The translations under genes were made by a program, and so were the position numbers. From the NCBI GenBank assembly GCA_009103225.1, contig RHPI01003369.1:565500-629499 (forward strand): a stretch of 64,000 bases of DNA, given 5' to 3'. The notes beneath the pieces are model-generated. The model was not told where the DNA came from and made no database searches. It saw only the letters and a list, made by a program, of their open reading frames with translations. This stretch comes from Chlorokybus atmophyticus. Taxonomy: Eukaryota; Plantae; Mesostigma and Chlorokybus algae. Shown here piece by piece: positions 38,920-49,450 of the stretch (position 1 is the first letter of the stretch; the number at the start of each line of letters is the position of its first letter).

Positions 38920-40996
38920 CTACACAGCCACTACCTCAACCACACCAGCCTCCTTCCACCCCCCTGAATGCGGGTGCACCGCACTCACATTGTCCTCGTC
39001 TATCATGTTCACTATCCCATCAGCCGTCTGGAACAGCCAGACTGATGGCATGTGCCACCCTTCATCAACAATTGCTTCGCGCAGCTGACTGAGCGAACAT
39101 GGTGGTGTGATGTCAATGGTGCCTAATGCATTAGCAGCGCACACAATGATGCAAGAGCGCACAGTAACCCCCGCTAGGGTCGAGGAAAATGACCGCCATG
39201 TCATTGTGCTTTGCAGCCCTTCTCCCTCGCGTGTGCCGGTGTGAAAGGGGCATCTGACTGCATGCAAAGTTTATTGAGCACCACTTAGAGGCACTACACG
39301 TTGAAAGCAAGTATGGCTATGAAGCCCAACTTACTTGACAGTAGTTGGCGCATGAGGTAGTAGCGGATGACAACATCAGCGACAACGATGCAAGCTTCAG
39401 TTCCGTTAGCAAAGTGACGGACATCCCAACCAGGGGCGATGGCATCCAATGGAGCTTTAAAACGCTGCACGGCCACCCCGTCCTCGTCGCCCTCTATGTG
39501 CGCCAGGAAAAGCAAAGACTTAGGTGATTGCTTGCAAGGCATACAACGCAGCCTTGCAGCCACCCACTCGTGGGCTGCCAACATTCAACAAGTTAGCTAC
39601 TGCATGCGTGCACGCATGCAAGCTTCCATGCATGCGTGCGCTGCAACTTACGTACGCCATGGAGCCTCACTGTTTTGGCAGTGTGCGTTGTAGCCGCCAA
39701 AGCTCCATGATTGGAGCGCGCCACCAACTGGTCAAATGGGGCGAGAACCACCTCTGGCAATGCCATAAACTGCATCCGCCAGAACTTTACAATGTTGCGT
39801 TTTACCTTGATGCTGCCAAATTCGGAGTCATCTCTGGGCAGCTTGTACCTGTTAATGCATGCGTGCGAATACAAACTAAGCACAATGCAATGCATGGCAT
39901 ATCAACCAACAAGAGCTGTACCTGTATTGATAAAAGTAAACAGGCCTATCAGCTGCCGGTGCTGACTTGCTGAACTTCAAGGCAAACATATGCCAAGGTA
40001 ACACGTCGCACATTCGCACAATCAACCTTGGATCCAAGTCTTCTTTTTCGTCTCCCTCAAACACCTCTGCACAGTTGCGGGATGAGCTAGTTCACGTGCA
40101 TATGCATGCTTTAAAGCATGAGTGTATGCAACACACAATGGGATCGCACATACCATGAGGTCGTGGTTGTAGCGGATGCTGCAACTCCAAGTGATGATGA
40201 TGGACGTAGTGTTGTACGCGCAAGAAGCTCTTGCGTCCTTTACTTGGCTGCAGCGCTAATACCTTGACCACCCAAGGCAGCTGACGAAGCTGCTCTGTGA
40301 GGGCCAACTCAGCCCAATAGCCATGCTGTGGTGGGGTTATCTCATAGCACCCTCCCACTTGCAGGCTCAAGTTGCCGAACTTGTATGCTGCTGGCTTTAA
40401 GCGCGGACGCCGACCTGGGTTGATAAGGAACAATTGTGCACAGCAATTTAGGGACAAGCCAATGCACACAACATGCGCATGACATCACGATAGAGTTGTG
40501 CTTGATGTGTGCCTGCTGCGTGCATATGCTGCATGTGCACATCGCATGCAGCTGCGTATACAAACAAGGGACACGCCAATGCACACAGCTTGCGCATGCT
40601 ATCACAATAGGTTGCAATTGTGCTTGATGTGTGCCTGCTGCGTATGCTGCATGTGCACATCATTTGCAGCTGCGTGCGTATACACGCAATGGACACGCTA
40701 TTGCCCACAGCTTGCGCATGCCATCACAATAGGTCGTGCTTGATGTGCGCCTGATGCGTATGCTGCATGTGCACAGCATCGTATGCACACAAGGGACATG
40801 CCAATGCACACAGCTTGCGCATGCCATCACAATAGGTTATGCTTGATATGTGTCTGCTGCATGTGCACACCGCATGCAGCTGCGTGCGTATACACGCCGC
40901 ACAGCAACGAAAGCAGCATGGCAGATCTAGAGTAAAAACGAGTGTTTACTTACCTCTTCTGGAGCTGACGACCTCAGCCCCCACCTCGCTCTGCAT
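38920..40996 (-). CDS. Transposon-borne BAH-domain protein (BAH + CxxC...CxxH module + small C-terminal domain), 6 exons, 407 aa, intact
   Basis: Exons 40996-40954, 40414-40154, 40066-39922, 39848-39652, 39574-39335 and 39257-38920 total 1224 nt, in frame, all GT-AG. BAH pattern: LQVGGCYEITP...PWVVKVLAL...FLRVQHYVH...EVFEGDEKEDLDPRLIVRMCDVLPW...VYFYQYRY. The ATG exon is the best phase-compatible candidate. Confidence 0.75.
40440..40900. repeat. ~115-125-bp tandem repeat (about 4 copies) in intron 1 of the BAH gene
   Basis: Recurrent GCCAATGCACACAGCTTGCGCATG(C)...ATCACAATAGGT...TGCTTGATGTG(T/C)GCCTG units. Confidence 0.8.
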
Positions 40997-43990
40997 CCCA
41001 TCACCCACGCCCCCGCCCGTTGCCACGCACTGACCCCGTCATACAACAGTGGGTTTCAACTGGCGCCATCTAAACTAAGCGTCCCCGACAATCTGGTGTA
41101 CCCGCTGGCACCAGCGCGGTCGCCGCCGCCGCCGCCGCCGCCGCCACCGCCAACAACCACGCCCACACCGCCGCCACCAGGCCTGCTAACCTAGCCGCCA
41201 GCATCCAAGTAACGGGAGGAGAACAGCAGAGTCAAGACGTGCGGCTTGACTGGACCAGCTCGCTGACTTGGCAGTCGCTTACTACTTGCTGCAACGATGG
41301 ACACTCGAGTCGCACCTCATTGGTCCACAGCTATTATGAATTGATGGCCGTCGAGGGGTCCATTGCACCGGTTTAATTGGAACTTTGCCTAATGAGAACG
41401 GGAGCCTGCGTATGTGCATTGACTACCAAGTGCTCAACACCATTACAAAGAAGCACTGCTTCCACTACCGCGTATTGACGAGTTGCTGGAGCAGCTACAA
41501 AGTGCGCAGTACTTTACCACACTTGATCTTGCTGGAGGTTATCATCAGATCCACATCGCACTTGAGGACGTGGAGAAGACAGCGTTCAACACGCGCTATT
41601 GACGTTATGCATGGTCAGTGGTGTCGTTTGGGCTTACGAACACGCCAGCGACATTTTAGACGTTGATGAACAGCGTTTTTGCTGACTTGCCGGGTAAGGG
41701 AGTCCTCGTGTACCTCGACGACATTTTTGTGTACTCGAAGACGAAGGATGAGCATGTGAGTTTTCTACGGTGCATGTTGCAGCGTTTACGGGAGCACAAG
41801 TCTAACGCTCAGCTACAGAAGTGCAACTTTTTGCTACGCGAGGTGGAGTACCTGAGCCACATTGTGTCACACGAAGGGATCAAGCCGGACCCCAACAAAG
41901 TGCAAGTGGTGCGCGAATGGTTTGCCCCAACCAACGTGAAGGAGGTAATGTCGTTTTGGGGCCTTGCCGGGTATTATCGCAAGCTTATCGTGGGATTTTC
42001 GTGCAATGCGGCCTCTTTAACCACCCTACTCGAGAAAGGGAAGTCTTGGAGCTGGTCTGCAAAGGAAAAGCATGCATTTGCTGCATTGAAGAAGGCGTTG
42101 ATAGAGGCAACCGTCTTGGCTCACCCCGACATGGACAAACCCTTCATTTTGGCTTATGACGCATCCAACACAGCTGTGGGAGCCGTGTTACAGCAAAACC
42201 AATGCATGGGTTTTCAACCTGTAGCGTTCTTTACTAACAAACTGAGTGGAGCAGAGCTGAACTACCCTGTGCGCGAGAAGGAGCTATTGGCGCGAGTGAT
42301 GGCGCTGCGACAATGGCGATGCTTTCTTGAGGTCAAAAGGTTCGTGCTGGAGACTAACCATTCCCCATTGAGGTACTTACAAACACAGCCACATCTGAGC
42401 CGGAGACAAGGGCGGTGGTTGAAGTTCTTGCAACTTTTTCATTTTGAGAGTAAGTACAAGCCCGGTACGTCTTGGGAGTGTGGCCGATGTGCTAAGCCGG
42501 TTGAATGCGATTAAAGAACTCGCTCAAGTGCAACCGGAGTGGGCCGACCAGATCCAACAAGTGCTTTGCGAAGACACAGAAGGTAGGAGAGCCTTGCGGG
42601 ACATGGGGAGTACAGTAATGGACACAAGTGGATATTGGACAAAGCAAGACGGCGTACTCTGGCATCATGGCCGCTTGTACATCCCCAATGTTGCACATAT
42701 ACGCGTTCAACTTTCAAAGGAAGCTCGTGACGTACCCATGGCTGGCCACTAAGGCGTGGAGAGGACGTCACCAAGCTTGAAACAACGCTTTTACTGGCAG
42801 GAGATGCATCGTTATGTACGCGACTATGTGGCATTATGCGGCGCATGTCAAAGGGTGAAAGCAAGCAACCAAAAGCCAGGTGGGTTGCTACAACCTCTTC
42901 CCGTGCCATTGTCCAAGTGGGAGGAAGATACTATGGACTTTGTTACGGGCCTGCCGAAGACAACAGAAGGGTACGACGTAGTACTCGTGTTCATCGGACA
43001 AAACTAGCAAAATGGTACGCTTGGCACCGTGTTGTGAGTCTTGCACAGCACCAGAGACAGCAAGCTTGTTTATGAAGCATGTCTTTCGTTCCCACGGACT
43101 ATCACGAAGCATTGTGAGCGATCGTGATCCCCGCTTCACAAGTAAGTTTTGGGAGGCGCTGCATAGTGCACAGGGTACTACCTTAAAGTTTAGCACAGCT
43201 TTTTACCCGCAAACTGATGGTTACATGGAGCGGGCCAACCGTGTGATTGAAGATATGTTTCGCTGCTACGTGAATGCACGGGAAGACAATTGGGCGGAGT
43301 TGCTGGAAGTGGTGGAAATTGCCATTAACAACCACACGAATGCAAGCACGGGTGTCACCTTTTTGCTCATGAACTACGGCCAACACCCGCTGACACCGCT
43401 GACGGCGTGGACCCCGCGACGAAGTGACGTTGATGTGGAAGCAGTACACGATTTTTACAACGTGTGACATCAACAAGGCACCGAGAGAGGCGCTATTGGT
43501 GGCACAAAATAGGCCAAAACAGTACGCAGACGCGCATTGCCGACGTGTCACATTTCAAGAAGGCGACATGGTATTGCAATCTGCGAGAAACTTACAGGTG
43601 CGTGCTGGAGTTCACAAGTTAAGTGAGCGCTGGCTTGGGCCATTTCGCTTCATCAAAGTGGTTTTGGACGTGGCGTACAAGTTGCAACTGCCCGACTTTA
43701 TGCACATCCACCCTGTCTTTTACATATCCCTGCTGAAATTATATCGAGGAGAGCCACCATTGCGTCCACCGCCTGAGTTGGCTACGGAAGGTCATATGGA
43801 AGTGGAGGACATATATGGTGCGCAACATGCGCAAACATTTGGTGAAGTGGAAAGGCTACCCGATGCATGAAGCCACTTGGGAACCGGAGGAGCACTTGGC
43901 AAATGCACAACATATCGTGCAACAGTATTTGCAACAACGACCAGAGAATCCTGGAGAGCTTCGGACGAAGATCACCTTGGGGGGGAGGAG

Positions 43991-44648
43991 TGTAACAGTC
44001 GAGGCCAAGTTTCATGATTTTAAGACCTTTTTTGGCCCTGTTTTCGAGCACCACGGTTTCATGACTTGTGGCAGATATCGGCGAGTCTGCCGCGGATATC
44101 GACCGGGGCCCAAGACCAGTCCGGAAGGTGCCAGAAAACGGAGGGCCAGTCGAGAAGGGCTCGACCAGATTTCTGGAAGGGCCTGGCGCCAAGTAGTATA
44201 ACTTAACCATATGAGCACCTAATCAGGAGATGTTTGGTGCATAAGAAAGGTTTAGAAGTATACTACAAGGTTCTGCAATAACACTTAGCATCTAGTTTTG
44301 TGTAGCACGGGAATCGTCTAGACAGTAGCATGTGCAGGCTGGTAGGTATAAAAGCGACATTCCACAATGTGCAATACAACCTTTAGCTCCCTAGTTTCTG
44401 GTGTGCAAGCTTGGTGGTTAGCAGGGGTTGCTAGCGTGTGTCCACTGGTGTGTGCTTGCTTGTGTGACGATCCAAGGCGCTACACAAGTCGGTGTGTAGC
44501 TTAGAGCGCATGCGCGCGCGTACTCGAGTGGCGGGGAGCGCGTGTGTGCTTGGCAAAGGGGGCAAGGTTCCGGTGTGAATACCGTGTCTTGGTGAGAGGG
44601 TTGTTGATTGGACCAACTCACAGGTGACAAGGCACGAGCACCGTCAAA
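43991..44648 (+). repeat. 3' LTR of chromovirus B
   Basis: TGTAACAGTCGAGGCC...GCACCGTCAAA (terminal CA mutated to AA), followed by TSD GTACA. Confidence 0.95.
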
Positions 44649-47454
44649 GTACAGGTGCTGATGTTAGTGCATGCTTGATCAGGCGCATAGATCCATCAGG
44701 TTTTGCATCCCATGAAAAGCATTGTCTTGTCCGCAACAATGTTGTCAATGGCAAAGTCAATGAATTGTCACCCAGTACAGAACATCGAAAGTAGTTAGCT
44801 AGGCCCAAAAATGACATCAGCTCATGCTGATTGCGAGGGGTAGGCCATTCTTCCACGACCTTCACTTGGTAGGATCGGGCTTGATGCCATCAGCACCAAA
44901 AATGTGCCCTCAATATGGCAACTCCTGCTTGCCAAAGTTGCAGTTGCGGAGGTTGGCAAACAAGTTGTGCTTTTGCAACCGCTCAAGAACAATTGCCACA
45001 TCTAAATTCTTACCATGAATGAAGATGTCATCCAAGTAGACCTTTATAAACTTACTCAGCAAGTCGCCAATCACAGCATTCATCTCGGCTTGAAAGAGCG
45101 TTGGTCAAACCAAAAGGCAACACCTTGTATTCATAATAGCCAATTGGCGTTCTGAAAGCAGTCTCGTGCACATCATTAGGATGCAACCGGATCAGATGAT
45201 AATCATTGATCAAGTAAAGTAATGTAAAGTACTTACTACCCGACAATGAGTCCAGCATGCCATCAATGCGAGGTAAAGGGTACCTATTTTTAACCGTAAT
45301 TTCAGTCAATGCACGATAATCCACACACATGCGCAGCTTCCCGTCCTTTTTTTTTCCACAAAGAGAATGGGAGAGCCGTATGGGGAATTACTCGGCTGAA
45401 TCAGACCTTTGGCCAATAACTCAGTGATCTGCGTTTTCATTTCTTCCCTCTTTATAGGACTCAGCCTGTAGGTAGGTCGTGAAAGAGGGGCAGATCCTGG
45501 TTCAATAGGAATGGCATGACTAATACCTCTATCCGGTGGTAGTTCCGGCAAAACGTCAGCAAACACATCACCGTACGTGTTAACCAGTTGTTGCATTTCC
45601 TGTATGCTATTAATTTGTGCTTGCGATACACACGTTTGGCTTGCAAAGCACTTATAAGCCATGTAGACTCATGCAAAGTTTGTCGCAATTGCGTGGTGAG
45701 CATAATTCTACGCTTACCTTTGCGTACATAACATATTTTCGCATACGTGTCTAGAGTCAGGCGCACAGCTTGCTGCCAAACATGCCCTAGGATGACATCA
45801 ATAATGGCAATCCCAAGATTTGTGATCAATAGCTTAAACACGCCCGGGTATGCACGAATGCGCATGCGTGCATTGACCACGCCATATAGAGGCAAAGTGT
45901 TACGCTCTGCGGCATGCATGTTTGCTGATGATAGCCGAGGATAAGCGCTTCACTGAAGAATAATCAATGAACTATGCATAGCAGCGGTGTCCAACACGAA
46001 TGAAGCATGATAACCCGTTAAAGAACCCTGAAAGGTCCATAGTAAGGGAATGAGATGACCACTAAATGCGGCCACAAGTGCATGGTCACTGTGCGGTGGA
46101 AGCACCACCAACTTCATGGAAGTAGGCATTTCGGTTGTCCGCTTGAACTTAGCCACAAGGTGTACAAGTGATGTCCATCTAGACCATGAGCCATGATAGC
46201 ATGGCATTAAGACATACCCAGTGATAGCAGGATGCTGTATCTAAAACATAGCAAACTCTGCTAAAGTACTACTTCAGCTAGTAGTTGCAATAAATCAGTT
46301 GGTTTGCATGCAAGCTACACACGTGCATCATGCACTGATTCACCACGATGTACAATACAGGCAATGTGTCATGCTTAAACCAAGCATGTGTAACACCATG
46401 TGTACGCAAAACAGATGTCAAAACCAACGTTACTACGCACAGTGGCTACTCCCTACAGCTGCTGCTGAGCCTTGCCCTTTGCCCTTGCCCTTCTTCTAAG
46501 ATGTAGAGGGCTGAGCTCAGGGTGCAGCTGCCAACAACGGTTTGCCGTGTGACCAGGCCTCTTGCAAGAAGCTCAAGTCACCTTTCGCTTGTCGAAGCGG
46601 GGCTTCTTAAGCTGCTGAGGTGCCCCACGTTTACCGTTCGTGTGCGCTCTCTTCTTTTACGCTGACACTGTAGCTGTACCCTCAGTTGAGTTGCCTTGGT
46701 AGATCGCAAAGAGTGGTCGAGACTTATGACAGCCTTGATGTACTCATCCAGATCCCCAGGCCCCCGCACAGTGTTGTCCCCCTTCAGCTGCAAGCTGGTG
46801 ATAAGATCCTTGCATAATCTACTGCGAAAGGAGCGCATCGGTGCAGCCGCATTATATGGAAGTGGTCCTGAATTGACTTCATCAACAAACAGGCGCTACT
46901 CGCGCGCATACACATCAGCCTTCTCGTTGCCCACTCGAAGTTAAGCCAACTTCTCATTTGCTTCCACCCAGGGCGCAACATTTTAGTAGTGGCTGCGCAT
47001 GTAGTCCAACAGTGCTTGCATGATATTTGCAAATGTGCCCTTCTCATGCTGCACCTGCACCTCAGCTGATGCCAAGTCGAGAACAATGTTGAACTTGTCC
47101 TCCTCTCGACATGTTAGGCTAAGGCCAACCAGTTGTTGATGGACATGATCTACTTCTTAATAGTAGTCTTCCTGTCTATGAGATAAAACTTAGATGGCTT
47201 GACCAATGCCATCTTGGCACTAGCAAACATAGTGCTCGTGGCGGGCGCAGAATGCAACGCCGTCACTTACTGAGATGATGTGAGACCAATGACTCTGCAT
47301 TCCCCGGTCTAGAAGTAATGCCTCGCGTCAATGCTTCCTGATGGCAACAATTATGTGCCAAGGATTGGAATGCCATTATGCAATGCGCAAAGCGGGCCAT
47401 TGGAAGCAGCGTCAAGGACACGAAGCAGATTCTGAAATGAATTCATCACTGGGC

Positions 47455-48063
47455 TCAGTGGGTTGCAACATAAAAGGTGGGGCTCTGTTGAGCTCCGCCT
47501 GATGTAGTGTGAGTAGCTGCTGGTGCAAGTTGGTTGCTGTGTAGTTTTCTCCCCAGGCGGTCGACAACAACATGCACAACCTGAGCAAGGTCTGCAGGCA
47601 ATTCTAATGGGGTCGCCCCATGTTTAACTTCTTTCAACCGCGTCTCTACATCAAGTATATAGCGCCGTTGCCTAGCGAGTTCAATTTTATCGAGCTGTTT
47701 ACCAACAAGATGGGTGCCTTCGTACATCACCTGGAAAACACTTCGCCTCCCCACTGAGTAGGGTTGACTGCGGAAAAAACGTTTTTGCTTGGTGAGCTCA
47801 AGGAGAATGGCCCCTTCAACCTCATCTTGCGGGTCAACTATATCCTCCTTGTGCCCCTTTACTTGCATAGCGGTAGGCGTGGGATTTTCAGTGCCCCGAG
47901 ATGTCTTCTTTGACTTGCCTTCTGCCATGTCTAAACACAGTAATACAGCTTGTAAGAACAATGCTGTGCAAGCCAGAAGAGTTGTGCAAGCCAAGCTCGC
48001 AACAACAACCAGTCTTATGCCAGGGGCTGCTCGTGTTGTAATACTAAGTGTTATGCCACTCAA
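47455..48063 (-). CDS. Uninterrupted ORF of unknown function between the 5' LTR and gag core of chromovirus A
   Basis: 202-codon open frame with a hydrophobic N-terminal stretch, then MAEGKSKKTSRG...; no recognisable domain. Confidence 0.35.
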   Translation of the reverse strand: MSGITLSITTRAAPGIRLVVVASLACTTLLACTALFLQAVLLCLDMAEGKSKKTSRGTENPTPTAMQVKGHKEDIVDPQDEVEGAILLELTKQKRFFRSQPYSVGRRSVFQVMYEGTHLVGKQLDKIELARQRRYILDVETRLKEVKHGATPLELPADLAQVVHVVVDRLGRKLHSNQLAPAATHTTSGGAQQSPTFYVATH

Positions 48064-48540
48064 AGAATGGTATTAACGTGTGAGTGAGTGTTGTCACTTA
48101 TTGCGATGCAAAGCAAAGCAACTTAATGACCAAGTGCTGCGCATCGCAGCGCAGAGGAATATCCGAGAGGCTCCCTCAATTTATGAGGGGATTATCTCAA
48201 GAGGCTCCCTTTGCTAATAAATGTGCATACATACGCACACAATGCACGCGAGTCAGCAAACACTCATGCACATTCACCTGCCCACAAGGAGAGGGGCCAG
48301 ATTAGCATAAAGCAACCTATACAAGCTAAGTATCTACTTGTTTGGATTGCGCGGCGGTCTGTCCGGCGGTCGATGATGTGATGGTACTTGCTGCGATGTA
48401 GCAGGTTGCGCAGCAGGTGGCTTGCCAGGCTCTAGGCCTGGAGGATGTGAATGGCGGTGCTGCTCCACCACAGTAATAATAATAACCACATTAATCACAA
48501 TAAGGTCCACCCACAAGGAGGACCTAGCTCTAGAAGCAAA

Positions 48541-48869
48541 TGTTAAGGGAGAAAGCAAAACTTCCCCTTTAGACCTTCACCCCAACACCCACGCTATCGA
48601 CCCTACCCACGCTGCCGCCGTGACTGACGTGGTAAAGAACTCCCGTCCCCACTTACCAATAGCTATAGCTTTGACTAGTGTTGTTGATATCAACCAGATC
48701 GGGTAGGAGTCATGGACACCGTTCGTTGACACTCATAACTTATAGACTCATATGAGTCTTAATAAGCATAGAGCGAGGAACTAATGGAGCTTTGCGTGTG
48801 ATTGACCATCTAAGGTCGTATAAAATGATGTCAAGATGAAGATCTTAAATAAGGGAAAAGCCCCTGACA
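48541..48869 (-). repeat. 5' LTR of chromovirus A
   Basis: TGTTAAGGGAGAAAG...GCCCCTGACA, homologous to 26746-27082. A degenerate PBS-like TGCTTCTAGAGC follows on the - strand. Confidence 0.88.
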
Positions 48870-49450
48870 AGACTAGATGAGCAACGCAGCAGGTGTATGC
48901 CATGTCCATTCGGCAAGGCCGTACCACAAGCACAATGAAATATACGTGACAGCATAGGTGAACCAATCAACGCAGGATACAGCGGCAACGCCAGCAGCCA
49001 TGCACCTGCTCCCAACCCCGATACCGATTGAGGGCGTGCGACATTGTGTGCTGCTGCCCCAGTCACGAAGGAGTTACGCGTCAGGCCGTTCAACGCCTCT
49101 GTGATGTCCTGCTAAAGCGACCGCCACTCCACGCGCGCCAGTGCGGAGAACGGCGGGATGGTGTGATGCACTGAGTCGGAGAGTCTGGCTTGGGCTGGAC
49201 GGATGTCGGGCAAAGATCGTAAGGTGCCGGACGCCACGGGATAAATGGCGATGAAGGGAACAGAGCCAGCCACGGGAGCGAAGCGGTATCGTAGCACTGC
49301 TACAGCCCACCAACCCAAGAAGGCGGCTGGCGCGACAAAGGCCGTCTGCCGCAGCCCCACGCCTCCCATCGACGCCAGCAATGACAGTTTGCGTATGCAG
49401 CAGCAAGGACCATGGCAACTGACGCAGAGCATAACACACGGCAAGGCAAG
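48870..49450 (-). mobile_element. RLE-type non-LTR retrotransposon, 5' part (end of RT and CCHC region), degenerate, 5'-truncated
   Basis: Minus strand LSLLASMGGVGLRQTAFVAPAAFLGWWA (post-RT GGLG motif) and SVSGLGAGAWLLALP...FHCACGTALPNGHGIHLLRCSS. It joins in frame across the chromovirus-A TSD to GRPRKALHNALCD at 26745. Confidence 0.72.

Larger units (their letters stand above)
34906..41394 (+). mobile_element. Two-gene TIR DNA transposon (RAG1/Transib-like DDE transposase + convergent BAH-domain gene) inserted in RT of chromovirus B
   Basis: Left end CATTAGGCGAAATTTCAAT (34906-34924) and right end ATTGGAACTTTGCCTAATG (41376-41394) are inverted repeats (16/19), extendable to ~30 bp through GGTGCA. 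AGA flanks both ends. The flanks join to the RT motif PILFVRK(K)NGSLRMCIDY. Confidence 0.88.
30471..44648 (+). mobile_element. Ty3/gypsy chromovirus B, full length, degenerate, nested in chromovirus A
   Basis: LTRs 30471-31151 and 43991-44648, perfect TSD GTACA (30466-30470 / 44649-44653), PBS TGGTATTGGAGC (31154-31165, iMet-like), PPT GGGGGGGAGGAG (43979-43990). Gag with CCHC knuckle KCYVCGSTEHLAFNC, protease VDSGA, RT YLDD (~41.71 kb), RNase H, integrase, chromodomain (VKWKGYPMHEATWEPEEHL). Removing the element restores A's frame LIKHALTSAPVLAMPNWKKHFTVISGASKFGCGAVLMQD. Confidence 0.95.
26746..48869 (-). mobile_element. Ty3/gypsy chromovirus A, full length, degenerate, with nested insertions
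   Basis: Related TG...CA LTRs at 26746-27082 and 48541-48869. PPT (TTTGAGGGGGAACAA on -) abuts the left LTR. Chromodomain EYDVEDILDYKIDKRGCTSYLIKWKGYGVEHNTW (~27.3 kb). Integrase remnants 27.45-28.7 kb, RNase H 30.13-30.47 kb, RT 44.65-45.6 kb (CVDYRALTEITVKNRYPLPRID), protease ~46.0 kb, gag 46.5-47.2 kb. Decayed 5-bp TSD CGACC/AGACT. Confidence 0.9.

Noticed and set aside
40440-40900. Regularly spaced repeats resembling a CRISPR array
   Set aside because: Units are contiguous degenerate tandem copies with no unique spacers, inside a eukaryotic intron.
34906-41394. Classification as PIF/Harbinger (two genes, 3-bp TSD) or as true RAG1-RAG2
   Set aside because: The TSD is not TWA, the partner is not Myb/SANT and the catalytic motifs are not Harbinger-like. 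The partner shows no kelch/PHD signature, so it is not RAG2.
41385-41400. ORF-track start MPNENGSLR suggesting RT residues P-N-E
   Set aside because: CCTAATG belongs to the transposon's right TIR, not to the RT.
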